DNA from: Octopus bimaculoides
Lineage: Eukaryota
Direction: 5' to 3'
DNA length: 49,304 bases
Assembly (NCBI RefSeq): GCF_001194135.2
Contig: NC_068982.1
Location: 154,319,089 to 154,368,392 of the forward strand
Positions 37,943 to 49,304 of this stretch are shown piece by piece. The number at the start of each line of letters is the position of its first letter. Position 1 is the stretch's first letter. Made by a program: the position numbers and the translations under genes. The notes under the pieces are model-generated. The model saw only the letters and a program-made list of their open reading frames with translations, did not search any database and was not told the DNA's origin.

Positions 37943-38282
37943 TTGGTTTCAAATTTTGGTACAAGGCCAGCAGTTTCGGGTGAGGGGTTAAGTCGATTAC
38001 TGAGGAATTTCAACCATGTTTCGTGGTCTGCTACCACAACAGCTCCTTTATAGGATCCAGTTAGCTCAAGACATCATCAGGAGGAACCACGTCCGGTTTC
38101 GGCCCCTACTCCTCTACCGTTTTGACGTGGCGCCCCCCCCCTTTCGGAGGTGTCTTCAGCTCTGGTGTTGGGTGCGTGTCTTCTTTCTTCTATTCCCTGG
38201 CCTCTTCGATGCAGCAAAGACGGATGAGATGCTGTTTAGTATTTTGCTCGGTGTTCTAACGATTCTGTCAGCACGTCACCTT
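37943..38282 (-). mobile_element. SINE (head 38215-38282, tail 37943-38000) interrupted by a GC-rich Penelope-like insert (38001-38215)
   Basis: Head and tail match the 31557-31772 family; the SINE middle is replaced by about 215 bp carrying two CTGANGA...GAAAC motifs. Confidence 0.65.
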
Positions 38283-38485
38283 AGTCTTCCTTCAAATTAC
38301 TAGTAAATTCGATCCGCACATAACGATAACTCCATATGTTTCGATCTTACAAACTCTTCTTTCTACAGATTGGATTGTTTTGACCACTCTAAGCTAAATA
38401 TACTTACACATGCACACACGCACGCACACACACACACACACACACATGCACACACGGGCGTACACGCACACACACACGCTCACAT

Positions 38486-38517
<32 letters not shown>

Positions 38518-38900
38518 TCGGTGTATTGTTTAGTGAACTGAGTAACTCCACCTGGTCTACATAAATACCCAAATATATTTCATAGAATAACTTGAACCAC
38601 AATAAGATGAATATAAAGAACGAATTGAAGTGAACAGTGAATGTATACCACATACAGCGGCTGGTACAGTGCATATGTATAATGCGGTATATATGTACAC
38701 GTGTGTATTAGTTGCTGTATATGTTACACAGTACAAAGATTATTTTGTTTTTGGTGGTGGTGGTGGTGTGTGTATGTGTGAGTGTATACATTCATTATAT
38801 AACCCTTTCTTTCTGTCTCTCTATATATGTGTGTGTTTGTATACATTAGTATGTATATATACATAAGTATATATCCAAGTATGTAATGTATACGTATACG

Positions 38901-38995
<95 letters not shown>

Positions 38996-39515
38996 ATGCG
39001 TATATATATATATATATATNNNNNNNNNNNNNNNNNNNNNNNNNNNNNNNNNNNNNNNNNNNNNNNNNNNNNNNNNNNNNNNNNNNNNNNNNNNNNNNNN
39101 NNNNNNNNNNNNNNNNNNNNNNNNNNNNNNNNNNNNNNNNNNNNNNNNNNNNNNNNNNNNNNNNNNNNNNNNNNNNNNNNNNNNNNNNNNNNNNNNNNNN
39201 NNNNNNNNNNNNNNNNNNNNNNNNNNNNNNNNNNNNNNNNNNNNNNNNNNNNNNNNNNNNNNNNNNNNNNNNNNNNNNNNNNNNNNNNNNNNNNNNNNNN
39301 NNNNNNNNNNNNNNNNNNNNNNNNNNNNNNNNNNNNNNNNNNNNNNNNNNNNNNNNNNNNNNNNNNNNNNNNNNNNNNNNNNNNNNNNNNNNNNNNNNNN
39401 NNNNNNNNNNNNNNNNNNNNNNNNNNNNNNNNNNNNNNNNNNNNNNNNNNNNNNNNNNNNNNNNNNNNNNNNNNNNNNNNNNNNNNNNNNNNNNNNNNNN
39501 NNNNNNNNNNNNNNN

Positions 39516-39552
<37 letters not shown>

Positions 39553-39570
39553 TGCATGTATGTACTTATT

Positions 39571-39766
39571 TGTTTGTGTTTGTCTCCCACCATCGCTTGA
39601 CAACCGACGTTTGTGTGTTTACATTCCCATAACTTACCTGTTCAGCAAAACTTACCGATAGAATAAGTACCAGGCTTACGAAGAATAAGTCCTGGGGTCG
39701 ATTTGTTCGACTAAAGGTGGTGCTCCAGCAAGGTCGCAGTTAAATAACTGAACCAAGTAAAAGAAT
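39571..39766 (+). mobile_element. Composite SINE 3' half
   Basis: CATCGCTTGACAACCG...AAGAATAAGTCCTGGGGTCGATTTGTTCGACTAAAGG...AAGTAAAAGAATA. Confidence 0.85.
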
Positions 39767-40103
39767 ATACACGCACACTCACACACACACTCAAAGACGC
39801 ACACACACGCACAAAAGAGTGTTTTTAATAGTATTCAGATTACTGAAACTAAAAGTTATGCGCCTCTTTGTGTATACTCACACACACGTAACGGTACATG
39901 CATGCGCATACACTTGTGTGTGTGGTGTATGTGTGTGTTATTGCACTCTCTCGTCCGTTGCCATGTATGAGCGTCCAGTTGTTCAGTCGTCTTAACCACT
40001 AGCACATTGAATTAGTGTTTAAAGTGGATGATTATTCGATAGACGGAAATGTTAACGTAATTGTCAGTAGGCCGAAATGATCAAGTTTTGTCTACCCCTA
40101 CAG

Positions 40104-40153
40104 TTGAGAGGCAAGCTTCTTGACTATTATGCTATTTTGTATCCAAGTACAAG
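40104..40153 (+). CDS. Candidate 50-nt exon (LRGKLLDYYAILYPST)
   Basis: TTTTGTCTACCCCTACAG| acceptor, AAG|GTAAGA donor, open frame. Confidence 0.25.
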
Positions 40154-40179
40154 GTAAGAGAGAGATAGAGAGAGAAAGA

Positions 40180-41765
40180 AGTAAGAACAAGTGTATTGAA
40201 ATATTCATTATAGAAGATTGACAAAACGTTGAGACTAGATGTTTTACACATATTTAGATATATCAAATATCTATCTTTCGTGAAAATTTCAAGTGAATGG
40301 AATAACTATTTCGTAAGTTATGAGGAAATAAACAAATCATCTTCCAAACAGCAACGGCCAAAAGTTAAGGGTCATTTAGAAAAACAATGAAAAATGGAAC
40401 ACGAACAAAAAGGAAACCCTTACAATTAATATTTTGTAAACATCCCTTTACTATCTATCAATGACTTCCTGACATCTGTTACCACAAGATTGAATTAATT
40501 TCTTGCAAAATGGTGTAGTAATATTGTTCCATTTGTTTTTCAAAAATTCCCAGAGTTCATCTTGGTTTTTCGGATTTCTCTTTCGCACCCCATCTTCGAT
40601 AATCTTCCAAACGTTTTCTGTGGGGACTTTGAGGTGACCAGTCCATGAGATCATCACACAAAAAAATCTTTGACTCTCTTCTCTTCGCAGTGTGACAGGG
40701 AGCGTTGGCCTGTGCGAAGTTAGAAGGTTGAGCTGACGAGGATCGGAGATGTAGAAGAGAGTGCTGTCTAAGAATCTGCTTGTAGATTTCAGCATTTACA
40801 ACCCCTTGTAGGCGAATGGGTGGACCAGGTCTAGCATCAGAGATAATTCCCCATACCATTACACTGCCTCCTCCATATTTCATTGTCTTCACACATGCAC
40901 AAGGTAACTTTTCGCCATTTCTTCGTCGGACGTACATCCTGTCATCGGGAGGATGTACATTAAACTTCGATTCATCGCTAAAATGAAACTGCGACCACTG
41001 TTTTCCTGTCTAAACGATTTGTTCATGAGTGAAACGAAGATGGGCTTTTGATTCTTCTTGGAGATCAGTTCTTTTGCCGGTGCCCGAGCAAGCAACCCAG
41101 AACCTCGTAACCTCCGAGAAACTGTTTTGCGCGATACGTTGACATCGAAAGTGGAGCTAAACTCGTGGAATATTTCAGCAGCACTCTTAAACCTATTCTT
41201 CGGTAACATTCTATCCATAATATGATCCTGTCTTGGTGAAGTTTTACGAGGTCTACTGGTTTGGGTTTAACATCTGTCGATCTTGATGACTTAAAACGAG
41301 CTACAATTCGTTGCACAACACTTCTAGACCTTCCTACAGTAGTTTTTATCACAGAATTTGACTTGCCCTCTTGACGAAGGCACACAATCCTTTCTTTTTC
41401 ATCACAGGACACCGGTCGTCTCTCACAAGCCACCATGTTTATAGTTGAGTATTCCAATAATGTATGATCATAAGAAGTAGCTGTTAGCCCATTAACAGTC
41501 TTCTAAACAACAAATAACTCGGTTAGTAGTTCATTTTTTTCTTCGTGACCCTTAACTTTTGGCCGCTGCAATTTGGAAGGTTGTTTGTTTATTACATCAT
41601 AACTTATGAAATATTTATTTCATTCCCTTGAGAATTTCACGAAAGATAGATATTAGACATATATAAATATGTATAAAATATCTAGTCTCAACGTGTTGTT
41701 AATCTTCTATAATAATTATTTCAATACACTTGTTCTTACTGACCCTTATATTATGGCCACTACTG
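40180..41765 (-). mobile_element. Tc1-family transposon with long IR/DR-type TIRs
   Basis: Inverted repeats 40180-40374 / 41546-41765; DR motif (C)AG...GGCCAAAAGTTAAGGGTCA at 40349-74, 41546-69 and 41740-65; TA at 41766-67; left outer end missing. Confidence 0.92.
40426..41436 (-). pseudogene. Frameshifted Tc1 (DD34E-type) transposase
   Basis: HTH region EKERIVCLRQEGKS...GRSRSVVQRIV; VSRKTVSRRL; WSQFHFSDESKF; KYGGGSVMVWG; AQANAPCHTA (second Asp mutated); WSPQSP...ENVWK. Confidence 0.92.
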
Positions 41766-41853
<88 letters not shown>

Positions 41854-41895
41854 TGTATATATATATTTATAAGTATGCAAACACACGCATATATA

Positions 41896-42095
41896 TTCCT
41901 TTATTCTTTTATTTGCATATAATTTGACTGCAGCCATGCTGGAGCAGCGTCTTTAGTCGAATAAAACGACCCCAGGACTTATTCTTTGTAATCCCAATAC
42001 TTATTCTATAGGTTTGTTTTTCCGAACCTCCAAGTTGCGGGAACGTAAACACATTAACATCAGTTGTCAAGCGATGGTGGGGAATAATAACAGAC
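41896..42095 (-). mobile_element. Composite SINE 3' half
   Basis: Reverse complement of the 39571-39766 family. Confidence 0.85.
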
Positions 42096-42101
42096 GTGAA
42101 A

Positions 42102-42138
<37 letters not shown>

Positions 42139-42159
42139 ATATACACAAATATACAAGCA

Positions 42160-42757
42160 TATATGGGTACAGGACGTTACCAACGGTGCAAATAACATGA
42201 AATACGTAAACAAACGAGTTAAATACGTAAAAAAACGAGGAAAAAATGGCAAACAGGGAAGTAAACACAGGGAAACGACCCTTCATCAGTTGTCGGCTGT
42301 CTCTACTCATTTCGACCATTCAACGACAATATGAGTCTTCAAAAGCAGTTGCTCTCATAAATTCTAAAATAAAATTCAGGATTTATGGAGGGTCAAAGTT
42401 GGGAACAAAAACAGGAACGTGGAGACAAACGAGAAAACCGAACGAAAACAAACCTGGTGGGTCGTTAGAGAGGAAAATAATGAACGCTGTGAGAAATATT
42501 TTTTGAAAAGAGAAAAGGCAGAAGTGGGAGAAAGAAACGTCCGCTCTTTAGAACGTCCGTGCAGGAAAAGAAAGATGGTCACGTGAGGAAAATAAAGATG
42601 GACGATGGTTACGTGTGAGCAACGAGAGAATGAGAGAGAGGGAAAAGAGAAAGAGAGTGAGAGAGAGAGAAAAGAGAAAGAGAGGGAGAGACACAGATAG
42701 CAAACGGTGAAGGCGAGAGGGGAGAAAAAGAGAATTAGATAAGGATGGAGGAAGAAA
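42160..42757 (-). mobile_element. Penelope-like repeat (longer copy of the 25817-26589 family)
   Basis: Segments align inverted with 25817-25950, 26325-26589 and 26250-26325. Confidence 0.65.
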
Positions 42758-42769
42758 TATATACATATA

Positions 42770-43410
42770 CAAGGTGTGACGGGTAAATTTTCGCCATTTT
42801 ATATTTCTAATTTCATGCATGCGCATTGTTTGCTTTTGCTTTTGTCGGCTACACAGTATTGTAGGGTCAGTTGGGCACTGCCTGTGAGAAAAACACCACC
42901 ATGGCGCAATTCAAACTGCCAGAAATTTAGTAATGACATGGTGTACTGCTTGTCGTTCGTGACGGAAGCTCCAATACGAACATTTCAGAGTGCTTGGGTG
43001 CCAATCTGAGGACAGTGCAATCTGAGAACATGTACCGAGTTTGATAAAAATAAAACATCCAGTCAACATCATGGTGTTTGGAGTGATCATTGCAATGGCG
43101 ACGTTATGCTTCCATTCATCTCCCCCATACGGCCTCAAATTCAACATGGAAGCCTACATCGAGTGCCTGGAGGAGGTAGAGCTGCCCTAGGTCAAGAGGG
43201 TGGCTGCTGGAAGATCCTATATCTGGCAACAGGACTCTGCACCATGCCACACAAGCAGGAGAACCCAGTCATGATTGTTAGGCAATTTCTGCGACCACAT
43301 CACCTCTAACATCTGGCCACCTAACTCCCCAGACTGCAACCCTCTTGATTATTATGTACGGGATACAGTTGAGCGAGAGACCAACAAAACTCCTTGTAAC
43401 ACGAAAGATG
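42770..43410 (+). mobile_element. Internally deleted mariner/maT-like (DD..D) transposon
   Basis: TA|CAAGGTGTGACGGGTAAATT start; ATG 42901 MAQFKLPEI; KHPVNIMVFGVI; YIWQQDSAPCHTSRR; WPPNSPDCNPLDYYV. Confidence 0.88.
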
Positions 43411-43555
43411 TTACAGCTTGGGTTTCAAGTACCCACAATTCTTCAATTTCCTTCCAAAATGTTTGAGAAACCTGCATGGCGTAGATGTAGGTGTCTTCAT
43501 AACAAAACTAGATCTCCTCCTGTTAAGGATTCCAGATTAGCGTACCTCATGTCAG
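43411..43555 (+). mobile_element. CR1-type LINE 3' fragment
   Basis: PQFFNFLPKCLRNLHGVDVGVFITKLDLLLLRIPD resembles the CR1 ORF2 C-terminus (GP.LFN.LP..LR....FK.KLD..L..IPD). Confidence 0.75.
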
Positions 43556-43562
43556 GGTTATA

Positions 43563-43660
43563 TAACTCTGATGAGCGTAAGGTTATATAATCGGATTGTT
43601 ACCTAACACTCCATTGTATTACGTGCGTGAAACCAATTGATAAGATCAGCCGTGATGGAT
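43563..43660 (+). ncRNA. Second, degenerate copy of the 9584-9691 hammerhead
   Basis: About 90% identical to copy 1; CTGATGA 43568-74, GAAA 43629-32; triplet ATA; 5' stem-I strand largely replaced. Confidence 0.8.
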
Positions 43661-43796
43661 ACACAATACTGTACATTTCGGATAATATATATATTATAAT
43701 CGATATTGAATTGTTTACATCCTCGTAATTTAGGCGGTCCGTCAAAAGGGGAAGATAAAAACAATGGAAAAAATTTGAAAAAAATAAACAGATGGC

Positions 43797-43873
43797 TCGA
43801 TTTGTTCGACTAAAGCCTTCAAAGTGATGCTCCAGCATTGACGCAGTCCAACGACTTAAACAACCAAAGCAAA
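43797..43873 (+). mobile_element. Composite SINE 3' tip
   Basis: TCGATTTGTTCGACTAAAG...TGCTCCAGCAT matches 39698-39730. Confidence 0.65.
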
Positions 43874-44487
43874 NNNNNNNNNNNNNNNNNNNNNNNNNNN
43901 NNNNNNNNNNNNNNNNNNNNNNNNNNNNNNNNNAAAAAAAAAAAAAAAAGAAAGAAAGAAGAAACGGAAACCTTTTTATTGAGGAAAAATGAGTTTACCC
44001 AGGTGCGAGATTTCAAACAGTATCTTAAATAAACGGAACAACAGAAACTAAGAAAGTGGTTTTACGCAAGCATAGAACAGTTTACATGAATCAGCAATTT
44101 TAAGAAAGGAGGGAAAGATAAAGTATGTTTCTTGTCAGTTGAGGAAAGCAGGTAAACTTGCTTGGTGTCACATTTACCCTGAAAATATGATCGCACCCTC
44201 ACACACCCATTCATGCCAGTTAAAATACTATAACTCTTTACTGCGTGCGGTGTCATACATGACACTTACTGATTTTGCTGTCATTCAATGTTTTGAAATT
44301 CCATCTATGCAACAGGTGACATTTTTAGGTTTGCACCTGTTTATAAAACTGTGTGCGTGTGCGCGCGTTTGTGTATGTATGTATAAATGTATATATACAT
44401 ACGTGTTTCTGTATATATATTATATATCTATATATACACACATATATATATATACATACACACACATATAAATGCATACACAGATAT

Positions 44488-44715
44488 GATAGATGATATC
44501 ACAGGCCTTGACTATTGGGTCCAATTAGAAAAGCTCAAGCCTTATTCTCTCCAACGTCGCCGTGAGCGCTACATCACCTACATGATGTGGAAAATATTCT
44601 ATCAGCATTGCCCAAATGATGTTGGCATCAACTTTAAGATACACCCAAGACTTGGGGCCTCGTGCTATCCCTCCACAACATAAATCACACTCGCACATTA
44701 TAACAACAATACGGT
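44488..44715 (+). mobile_element. CR1-type LINE fragment
   Basis: ITGLDYWVQLEKLKPYSLQRRRERYITYMMWKI matches the L.Y.ERL..L.LYSL.RRRER CR1 motif. Confidence 0.85.
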
Positions 44716-44729
44716 TCTTAATTCGCAGT

Positions 44730-45656
44730 CCATTTCTCTTGTAAGTCTCACCATAAAACGTTTAGTGGTACGAGGTTCGATTAATGCTGTGGGTATTCTA
44801 CTGAACCTCTTCATCCAAGCCACCAGCCTGGTAAAATTTCCCCAAGGTAGATTCTTATATTATTACGATATTGTTAAAGTGTCCTGTATTGCAGGAAGTT
44901 AAACTCTACATCTCTGAAGTCCTCTTGAATGCTCTGTATGGCAGATTGCCGTAGCAAGTTCGAGTACATAGGACTAACCACAGTACTTTTTAAAATGAAT
45001 GGTCCAATTAATCCCTTTGAAGATAAATTAACATGATGGTCCCTGTAATATGCGTGTTCTCAGATCCCCATAGATACAGTTGGGGAGGTTAACTAAGCCA
45101 TTTAATTTAAATATAACTTCATCACTCCAAACGACCTTTGTTGTAAAGTGCACATTTTCTATACATCTTGACAAGTACCATTTGCAAAACTCCAATCTTC
45201 GGTCCGGATCATCTTCATTGAAAGTATGGACTATTCTTGAAATGTATTTTTTTCGATTACAGTGTTTCAAAATACGATGGGTGCTTGATTTTGAAATTCC
45301 TGTCTCAAGACTCTCTTGTCATGTGGATTTTCTGAATTTTGACAACACATTTTTTGTACCAATTTTTCTGCTTTTGCGAGCCCTGCGGTCTTCCGGTACT
45401 TTTCTTATGGATATTCTGAATTGTTCCATTTCCTTCATACTGATCTTTAAATTGTGTGATAGTAAGTTTCGTTGGTGTATCTGTTTGAATACCCTTCTAA
45501 ACTGTCTTTGCTCTTTAACTGAGTTTTCAAACTTCCAGTTGCACTTTATCATAAATTTCCTTCGTTCAAAGTTTATACTCTTCCTTTATTATTTGTAAAA
45601 AGAAATGTAAATTAATTTAGCTGCTATTTAAGTGTATACATTTTTGGAAAACCCTG
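44730..45656 (-). mobile_element. Decayed Tc1/mariner element with DUF4817-like HTH
   Basis: TIR TA|CAGGGTTTTCCAAAAATG; KCNWKFENSV..QRQFRR; [14 protein letters not shown]; [17 protein letters not shown]; SSKGLIGPF; GWWLG*RGSVEYP. Confidence 0.85.
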
Positions 45657-46239
45657 TATAAATTTCCCCCTCACTTGGAAAATTAAATTTTTCTGTGGGC
45701 TTCAAGACATTGTTAATGAAAAAGTACTTTAAGGTTGTAATAAATGGTTAATAGGAGAAACGGGTCACTATTGAAAGGCATAAAACATGTAATAAAAATA
45801 AAATTGGTAAAATTTATCAAATAAACGAAATTTTAAATATTGTTTTAAATAATTTTTTTATTACAAAATTTATTTCTTTGAATGTTTTAAAATTGATACC
45901 TTGTAATGAAAATTTTTGCACAAAAATTTGTGATAATAAACATTGAAAGAAATTTTGTTAAAGGTGATTTGTTTTCTGGTATTAACGTAATAAACTCAAT
46001 AAAAGTTTCAGTGTCTATTAATTACACATTTTGTGGCTTCAATAAAACAAACAGTTATAATCATACATCTTTTTCTGATATAACGCACATAAAAAAAAAA
46101 CTTTACTCACATCCTGAAAATTAATAACTTCTAAATAACAATCGCTTTTTGAGCACAAAACTAAATTCCTATAGCAAGTACCAAAAAAAAAAATCAAGTA
46201 ATAAGCATTATATTACCATTTTACAGAATTTATTCAGTA

Positions 46240-46862
46240 AAATCCGTGTGGCTTATGCAGTTTCACAGTTTTGCAATATCAAGATCCATGGTTGTTGGAC
46301 AGAAACGAATATCACTTCAGCTTACAATTTTTAAGCGAATGCGAGCTTTCGATGGTAGGAATCACATTCGGCTGAAACTTGACTCAACTACACAAGACTT
46401 AGAAAAGACAATGAAATATGATTTTACTTCCTGCCAGCACAATGGGACTTTCATAGCAATTTTATTACTTCTCCGTCATTATTGATTAAATTTGGTTCGA
46501 GCAGTTTGATTACTCTGTCGCTCAACATGGCTTTCATAGTCTGCTATCCAAAGTCAGAAGCATTTTATCCCAGGAGTCATTACCACTCGACTTAGAATGT
46601 TCATTTCCAAGACATCTTTGAATCTAATTTCCATATCACTGAGTAATTTCTTCAAGTGCTAAGTGTTCACTAACATATCATCCTCTTGCAGTTCCTCCTC
46701 AATAGTGGCAGGGTTGAGAAATGCGATATTTACCTTGGAAAGATTAATTTTTCCAAGGAAAGCATTAGTTGTCTTTTTGAAAATTAAAGTAATTGCATTT
46801 TTACCTAGTAATTGTTTGTTCAAAAAATTTATCTGAAAGGTAGAATATGTCACACTTAGCAA
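46240..46862 (-). pseudogene. hAT (Charlie/Buster-like) transposase C-terminal relic
   Basis: FQINFLNKQLLGKN...AFLGKINL...HLKKLLSDMEIRFKDVL...KVPLCWQEVK.YFIVFSKSCVVESSFSR...KARIRL...DIAKL resembles the hAT dimerisation region; TIR-like GGTTGGGAAACATTG at 47241-47255. Confidence 0.75.
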
Positions 46863-48719
46863 CTAGAATTTCTTCTCCAAACTACTTACCATTCAGAAAC
46901 ATTACAACACTGTCCTAATGTTCAACGAAGCGACGCAGGCAATTACCCTTAGAGATCGGTTCTGGATGTACAGACTTCAAAGCAGTAACATAATATTTAA
47001 TCCATACGAGACATTCTAATGCCAACTTGCTACATTATTCATCAATGATAAATATTCATTTTCTGTTATAATGGAAATTAAGATATAGAAATTGCGTTGT
47101 GTGTATGTGTGTGAGTAAATTTTAATGAATCACAGACAACAGACTTTTAGGAAGAAAGAGATCTGAAGTTGTGTGAGCTACTTCATTGAGCCTGTAGCCC
47201 ATATTTTACTGTCGCACGACTGAACTTTGCCACGGCCCCTGGTTGGGAAACATTGCTTTTCTTGGCTGCTCAGCAAACACTTCTTCCTGTATGCTAGGCT
47301 ATTATTGTATTGCTATCTAAAATGCTAGAAACCTGAGTATTACCCCTTTTTCCAGAAAAACCTTTGTCGATAACTGACCGACCACCGAAAAAAGATTTTT
47401 ATATGCATATCACAAATTTATATAATCTGTTGCAAAATTTTTAAAAAATGTGTTTTTCTTTGACATTAAACATTGATACTAAAACATTTGACTTTAATAT
47501 ACTACCCCCCAGTTGTGGCTGTTGTTTATTTTCGTCTATCGTACTGTTCACTTGATGCTGATATATAGTTGTAGTATTATGTTATTTTCAATGTTCTAAT
47601 TCGTTCATATGCATTATTCTGCGTTGAATTTATGAACCTGCTGTGACTTACCAAAGGAAATATTTTTATTAACGTAATTAAACGGGCCGTGTCTTAGGAA
47701 ACGCCTGCTCTTTTCACTTTTCTTTATATCATTGATGGAAAACATTCATGTCATTCTATGCTAAACGTTTATGATAAATAAGAAAATATATTAAAGTAAT
47801 TAAAGAACAAGCTGTTTCCATAAACTTGTATGATCATAGGTTCATTTTCTTTTTATTTGCCTTGGGCCGCAAACCATAAAAATGTTTCTAATACCACCTA
47901 CCCTCTAAAAAAGTGTGCCGACCCGGATTTTAGCAGATAAAAATTCATCACTTGCGGATCTAAAATTGTTTAACGCTTAACTCCAATGCGCCACAATCAC
48001 AATTATATTTGCAAGATGACACTGTGAAGTACTACACATAACGATAGATTTAAGAAACTTATTATGTTAAACTGAACAACCACATACATACACACACACA
48101 TACACACACACACACACATCACAGTCTTACACACTCCTTTACACATACAAACACAGACACATAGACGAACAAACTTCTACGTGTGTGTGTGTATGTGTGT
48201 GTGTGTGTTTGTGCGTGTGTAAGACAAAGGCAGAAGCAGACAGACTGACAGACAGAAGCTGGCACACCGTTTGTATCTAGGAACACCAAAAACTGACCAA
48301 AGTGTAAGCAGCGGTTGAGCAGTATTTTAGGTCCCCATAAGGTTTTCCAACAAGAAATAGACCTTCACTCCACAGATATTATAGAGATAAACCAAATGAT
48401 ACAGAGACACGAGCGTCAATAAAGATGACAGATTCCAGTGTGTGAGTGTCATGGACAACTGCAGGTGACGGACGTCTCATTCTATATACCACGGATTTAT
48501 ATCAGAGTAGTCTTACCCTGGATGTATCCTTTAACGAGAGTTAAGGGATGTATCTATCCCTATGGGTTTTCCGTATGCCGGGCACCAAACCTGTATTGGT
48601 AGATCTCTGCCAGATATATACAAACACTCACTCTCTCTCTCGCACACACATGCATACACATACACGCACACATAAATATATGTATATCTATGTAAGTGGA
48701 TTTGGTTCGTGGAAATGTA

Positions 48720-48734
48720 TGTATGTATGTATGT

Positions 48735-48781
<47 letters not shown>

Positions 48782-48830
48782 CAGACAGACAGAGACAGAG
48801 ACAGAGAGACAGACAGACAGAGACAGAGAC

Positions 48831-48872
<42 letters not shown>
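48720..48872. repeat. Compound (TATG)n(AG)n(ACAG)n microsatellite
   Basis: Direct reading. Confidence 0.95.
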
Positions 48873-48873
<1 letters not shown>

Positions 48874-49044
48874 GATTTTAAAAGCAAGCTGCTATTAATT
48901 TCCGACCATTGTATTTTCAGAGACATGAAACTAATAGTTGCTCGCTTTTAAATCCTGTGTATATCAAGCGATATTTATTTCTCACTGGATGCAGTGCTTT
49001 TTTTAGTGATCCCACAAATAACGGTGCAGATTACTATATACGTA

Positions 49045-49078
<34 letters not shown>

Positions 49079-49197
49079 CATAAATACATACACACATACA
49101 GACAGACACTCACACAGACATACATTCATTCATACATACATACATACGTTCATACTTAAACACATATATACATACACATACACATATACACATATGT

Positions 49198-49245
<48 letters not shown>

Positions 49246-49304
49246 GCATATTCACATGCCTATATGAATGTATATTTATGTATGTATATATATATATATA
49301 TATA

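Noticed and set aside
38016-38303. 95-aa ORF as a membrane protein
   Set aside because: It is antisense to a SINE head plus the GC-rich insert.
3077-49304. Most ORF-track entries (YIYI, CVCV, HTHT, SLSL, X-runs)
   Set aside because: They are translations of microsatellites and N-gaps, not genes.
1-49304. CRISPR array or prokaryotic operon
   Set aside because: No regularly spaced repeats with unique spacers; the sequence is eukaryotic.

Overview
AT-rich eukaryotic scaffold segment with many N-gaps flanked by microsatellites ((TA)n, (CA)n, (TACA)n, (GATA)n, (GA)n). The SINE, LINE and Tc1/mariner sequences look like those of an Octopus-type cephalopod genome; this is inferred from memory of the repeat families, with no search run. 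There is no intact multi-exon gene or long ORF, and nearly all tracked ORFs are microsatellite or N-gap artefacts. The window contains tRNA-headed SINEs of about 4 families and decayed LINEs (CR1/L2-like, RTE, Tx1/L1, I/Jockey-like). It also holds Penelope-like ends, three Tc1/mariner relics, hAT relics including a MITE with a perfect 8-bp TSD, two unassigned decayed coding tracts, a CpG-rich island and a few weak exon candidates. The most interesting signal is a recurring set of hammerhead-ribozyme (HHR) motifs. One has an intact catalytic core at the end of a Penelope-like fragment (9584-9691, second copy at 43563-43660). Two are related ~350-390 bp fold-back elements (5693-6040, 24243-24630) whose long inverted arms appear to be an extended HHR stem I, with the core or its remnant at the hairpin apex. 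All alignments and folds were done by eye.
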